A stretch of 63,935 nucleotides of DNA, counting the filler, from Olpidium bornovanus S191 (lineage: Eukaryota; Fungi; Olpidiomycota), in NCBI GenBank assembly GCA_017911155.1. It is 27 parts of 27 records of this genome, joined end to end, with 100 filler letters (N's around TTAATTAATTAA, not from the genome) between each part and the next. Parts side by side here need not be neighbours in the genome. Positions count along the whole stretch, not along the records: positions 61,087 to 62,777 come from JAEFCI010011127.1; positions 62,878 to 63,935 come from JAEFCI010004858.1; 25 more parts are not named here. One strand, 5' to 3'. Each line of letters starts with the position of its first letter. Positions within the stretch are counted from its first letter, which is position 1. Of the stretch, positions 62,719 through 63,935 are shown one piece after another. The notes under the pieces are model-generated. The model saw only the letters and a list, made by a program, of their open reading frames with translations, did no database searches and had not been told where the DNA came from. Position numbers and translations under genes: made by a program.

Positions 62719-63198
62719 ACCCCACAAAAAAAAAAAAAAAAACAACCCCACCCCCCCCCCCCCCCCCACCTCCTTGGNNNNNNNNNNNNNNNNNNNNNNN
62801 NNNNNNNNNNNNNNNNNNNNNTTAATTAATTAANNNNNNNNNNNNNNNNNNNNNNNNNNNNNNNNNNNNNNNNNNNNCCCCCCCCCCCCCCCCCCCTTCT
62901 TTCTTTCGCCCCCCCAAACCACATAATAAGAGTATAGCCCCCCCCCCTCCCAACCCGCTTTCGCAGAGAGAAGAAAGAGCCCCAGCGGGCTGTGTGTTTG
63001 CCCCGCGCAGGCCGACGAGAACCCTCCGCACCGCACCACGCTCCCCACACGCTCCCCCGTCCCTCGCCGCCCCCTATCGCCCTCTCGCCCGAACGGTCAA
63101 CCCCGGACGTCAAGCAGCGCGCGCGCGCATCGCACCCCCTCCCCCCCCCACAGCCGCCGCCGCCCCCTGCCGCAATTCTACACAAAAAAAAAGAAACC

Positions 63199-63769
63199 AT
63201 GGGAATATGCCTCTCGGCCGAGCAGAGGGAGCAGAACCAGCGGAGCGCGCACATAGACAAGATGATAACGGACGACGCAAGTAAGATCAAGAAGGAGTGC
63301 AAGATTCTGCTGCTCGGTGAGGAAGAACCAAAAAGGAGACGAACAAAGAATGGAGATAAAGAAAACCCCCGTCAAAAACGGGCCGCCCAAAACTCTCCAG
63401 CTTCTCCCTTCCCCTCCCCCCTCCCCCACCCTTTCCCCCCGAGGAGGCTGCCTGCGGCTTCACATTCAAAAACTCCGGCTGCTGACTACCTAGTGGGGCT
63501 CTCTCTGGGGGACACTTTTTTTTTTGTCTGCTGACTCCTTCCACCCCAATTCACCGTCCGTCTTTGCGCGGTTGGATTTCCCAGGGAGCGGCGAATCCGG
63601 CAAATCGACGATCGTGAAGCAGATGAAGATCATACACCAGAACGGGTACAAGCAGCAGGAGCTGGAGAGATTTAAAAGTACGGTAGCCATGAACATCGTC
63701 GATTCCACCGTTGACATCGCGCTCGCCATGGATAAGTTCAAGATTATTCCAGAGAACCCAAAGGCGAAG
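63199..63769 (+). CDS. Heterotrimeric G-protein alpha subunit, fungal group III (Gpa2/GNA-3-like), first two exons
   Basis: MGICLS (myristoylation/palmitoylation motif)...ECKILLLG / [21 protein letters not shown]. Exons 63199-63316 and 63585-63769. Confidence 0.93.
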
Positions 63770-63935
63770 GTGTGGAGATATAGGGAAACAAACGAGAAAG
63801 AAAGGAAAAAATGAAAAAAAAGAAAAGAGAGAAAAAGATTTTGGCACGCACCATCACACCACCACTGCCGCCACCACGTTCCCACGCCCAAATGCAAGTT
63901 ACCGGCCACCGCCGCCGCCTCGCCGCCAACGCCCC

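Overview
This window is not one continuous locus. It is 27 short eukaryotic contigs (about 1-6 kb each) joined by 26 identical 100-bp spacers (44 N, TTAATTAATTAA, 44 N), so genes on different contigs are not linked. The genes are intron-containing and fungal in character (White Collar-1, Yak1, Oac1, group III G-alpha, GPI13, Prp22, Leo1, HMG-CoA reductase, ClpX/Mcx1). An axonemal DNAH10-type dynein N-terminus points to a flagellated, early-diverging fungus; Olpidium-like is my unverified guess. No prokaryotic operon, CRISPR array, rRNA or tRNA is supported, and no multi-gene system can be inferred across contigs. The best leads are single-contig observations: (1) a mitochondrial-type TrhO/YceA tRNA-U34 hydroxylase homolog whose YCT catalytic-motif residues sit on a 9-nt micro-exon; (2) a protein with three homeodomains; (3) an LTR-retroelement gag/pol junction with an in-phase GGATTTT slippery site and a possible pseudoknot; (4) a sphingomyelin-synthase-family enzyme; (5) a LOV photoreceptor; (6) a short Srp40 gene that can be rebuilt from two overlapping contigs. 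17 of 52 contig ends are exactly CATG, which is most likely a library or assembly signature. All gene calls come from recognising motifs by eye; no database searches were run.
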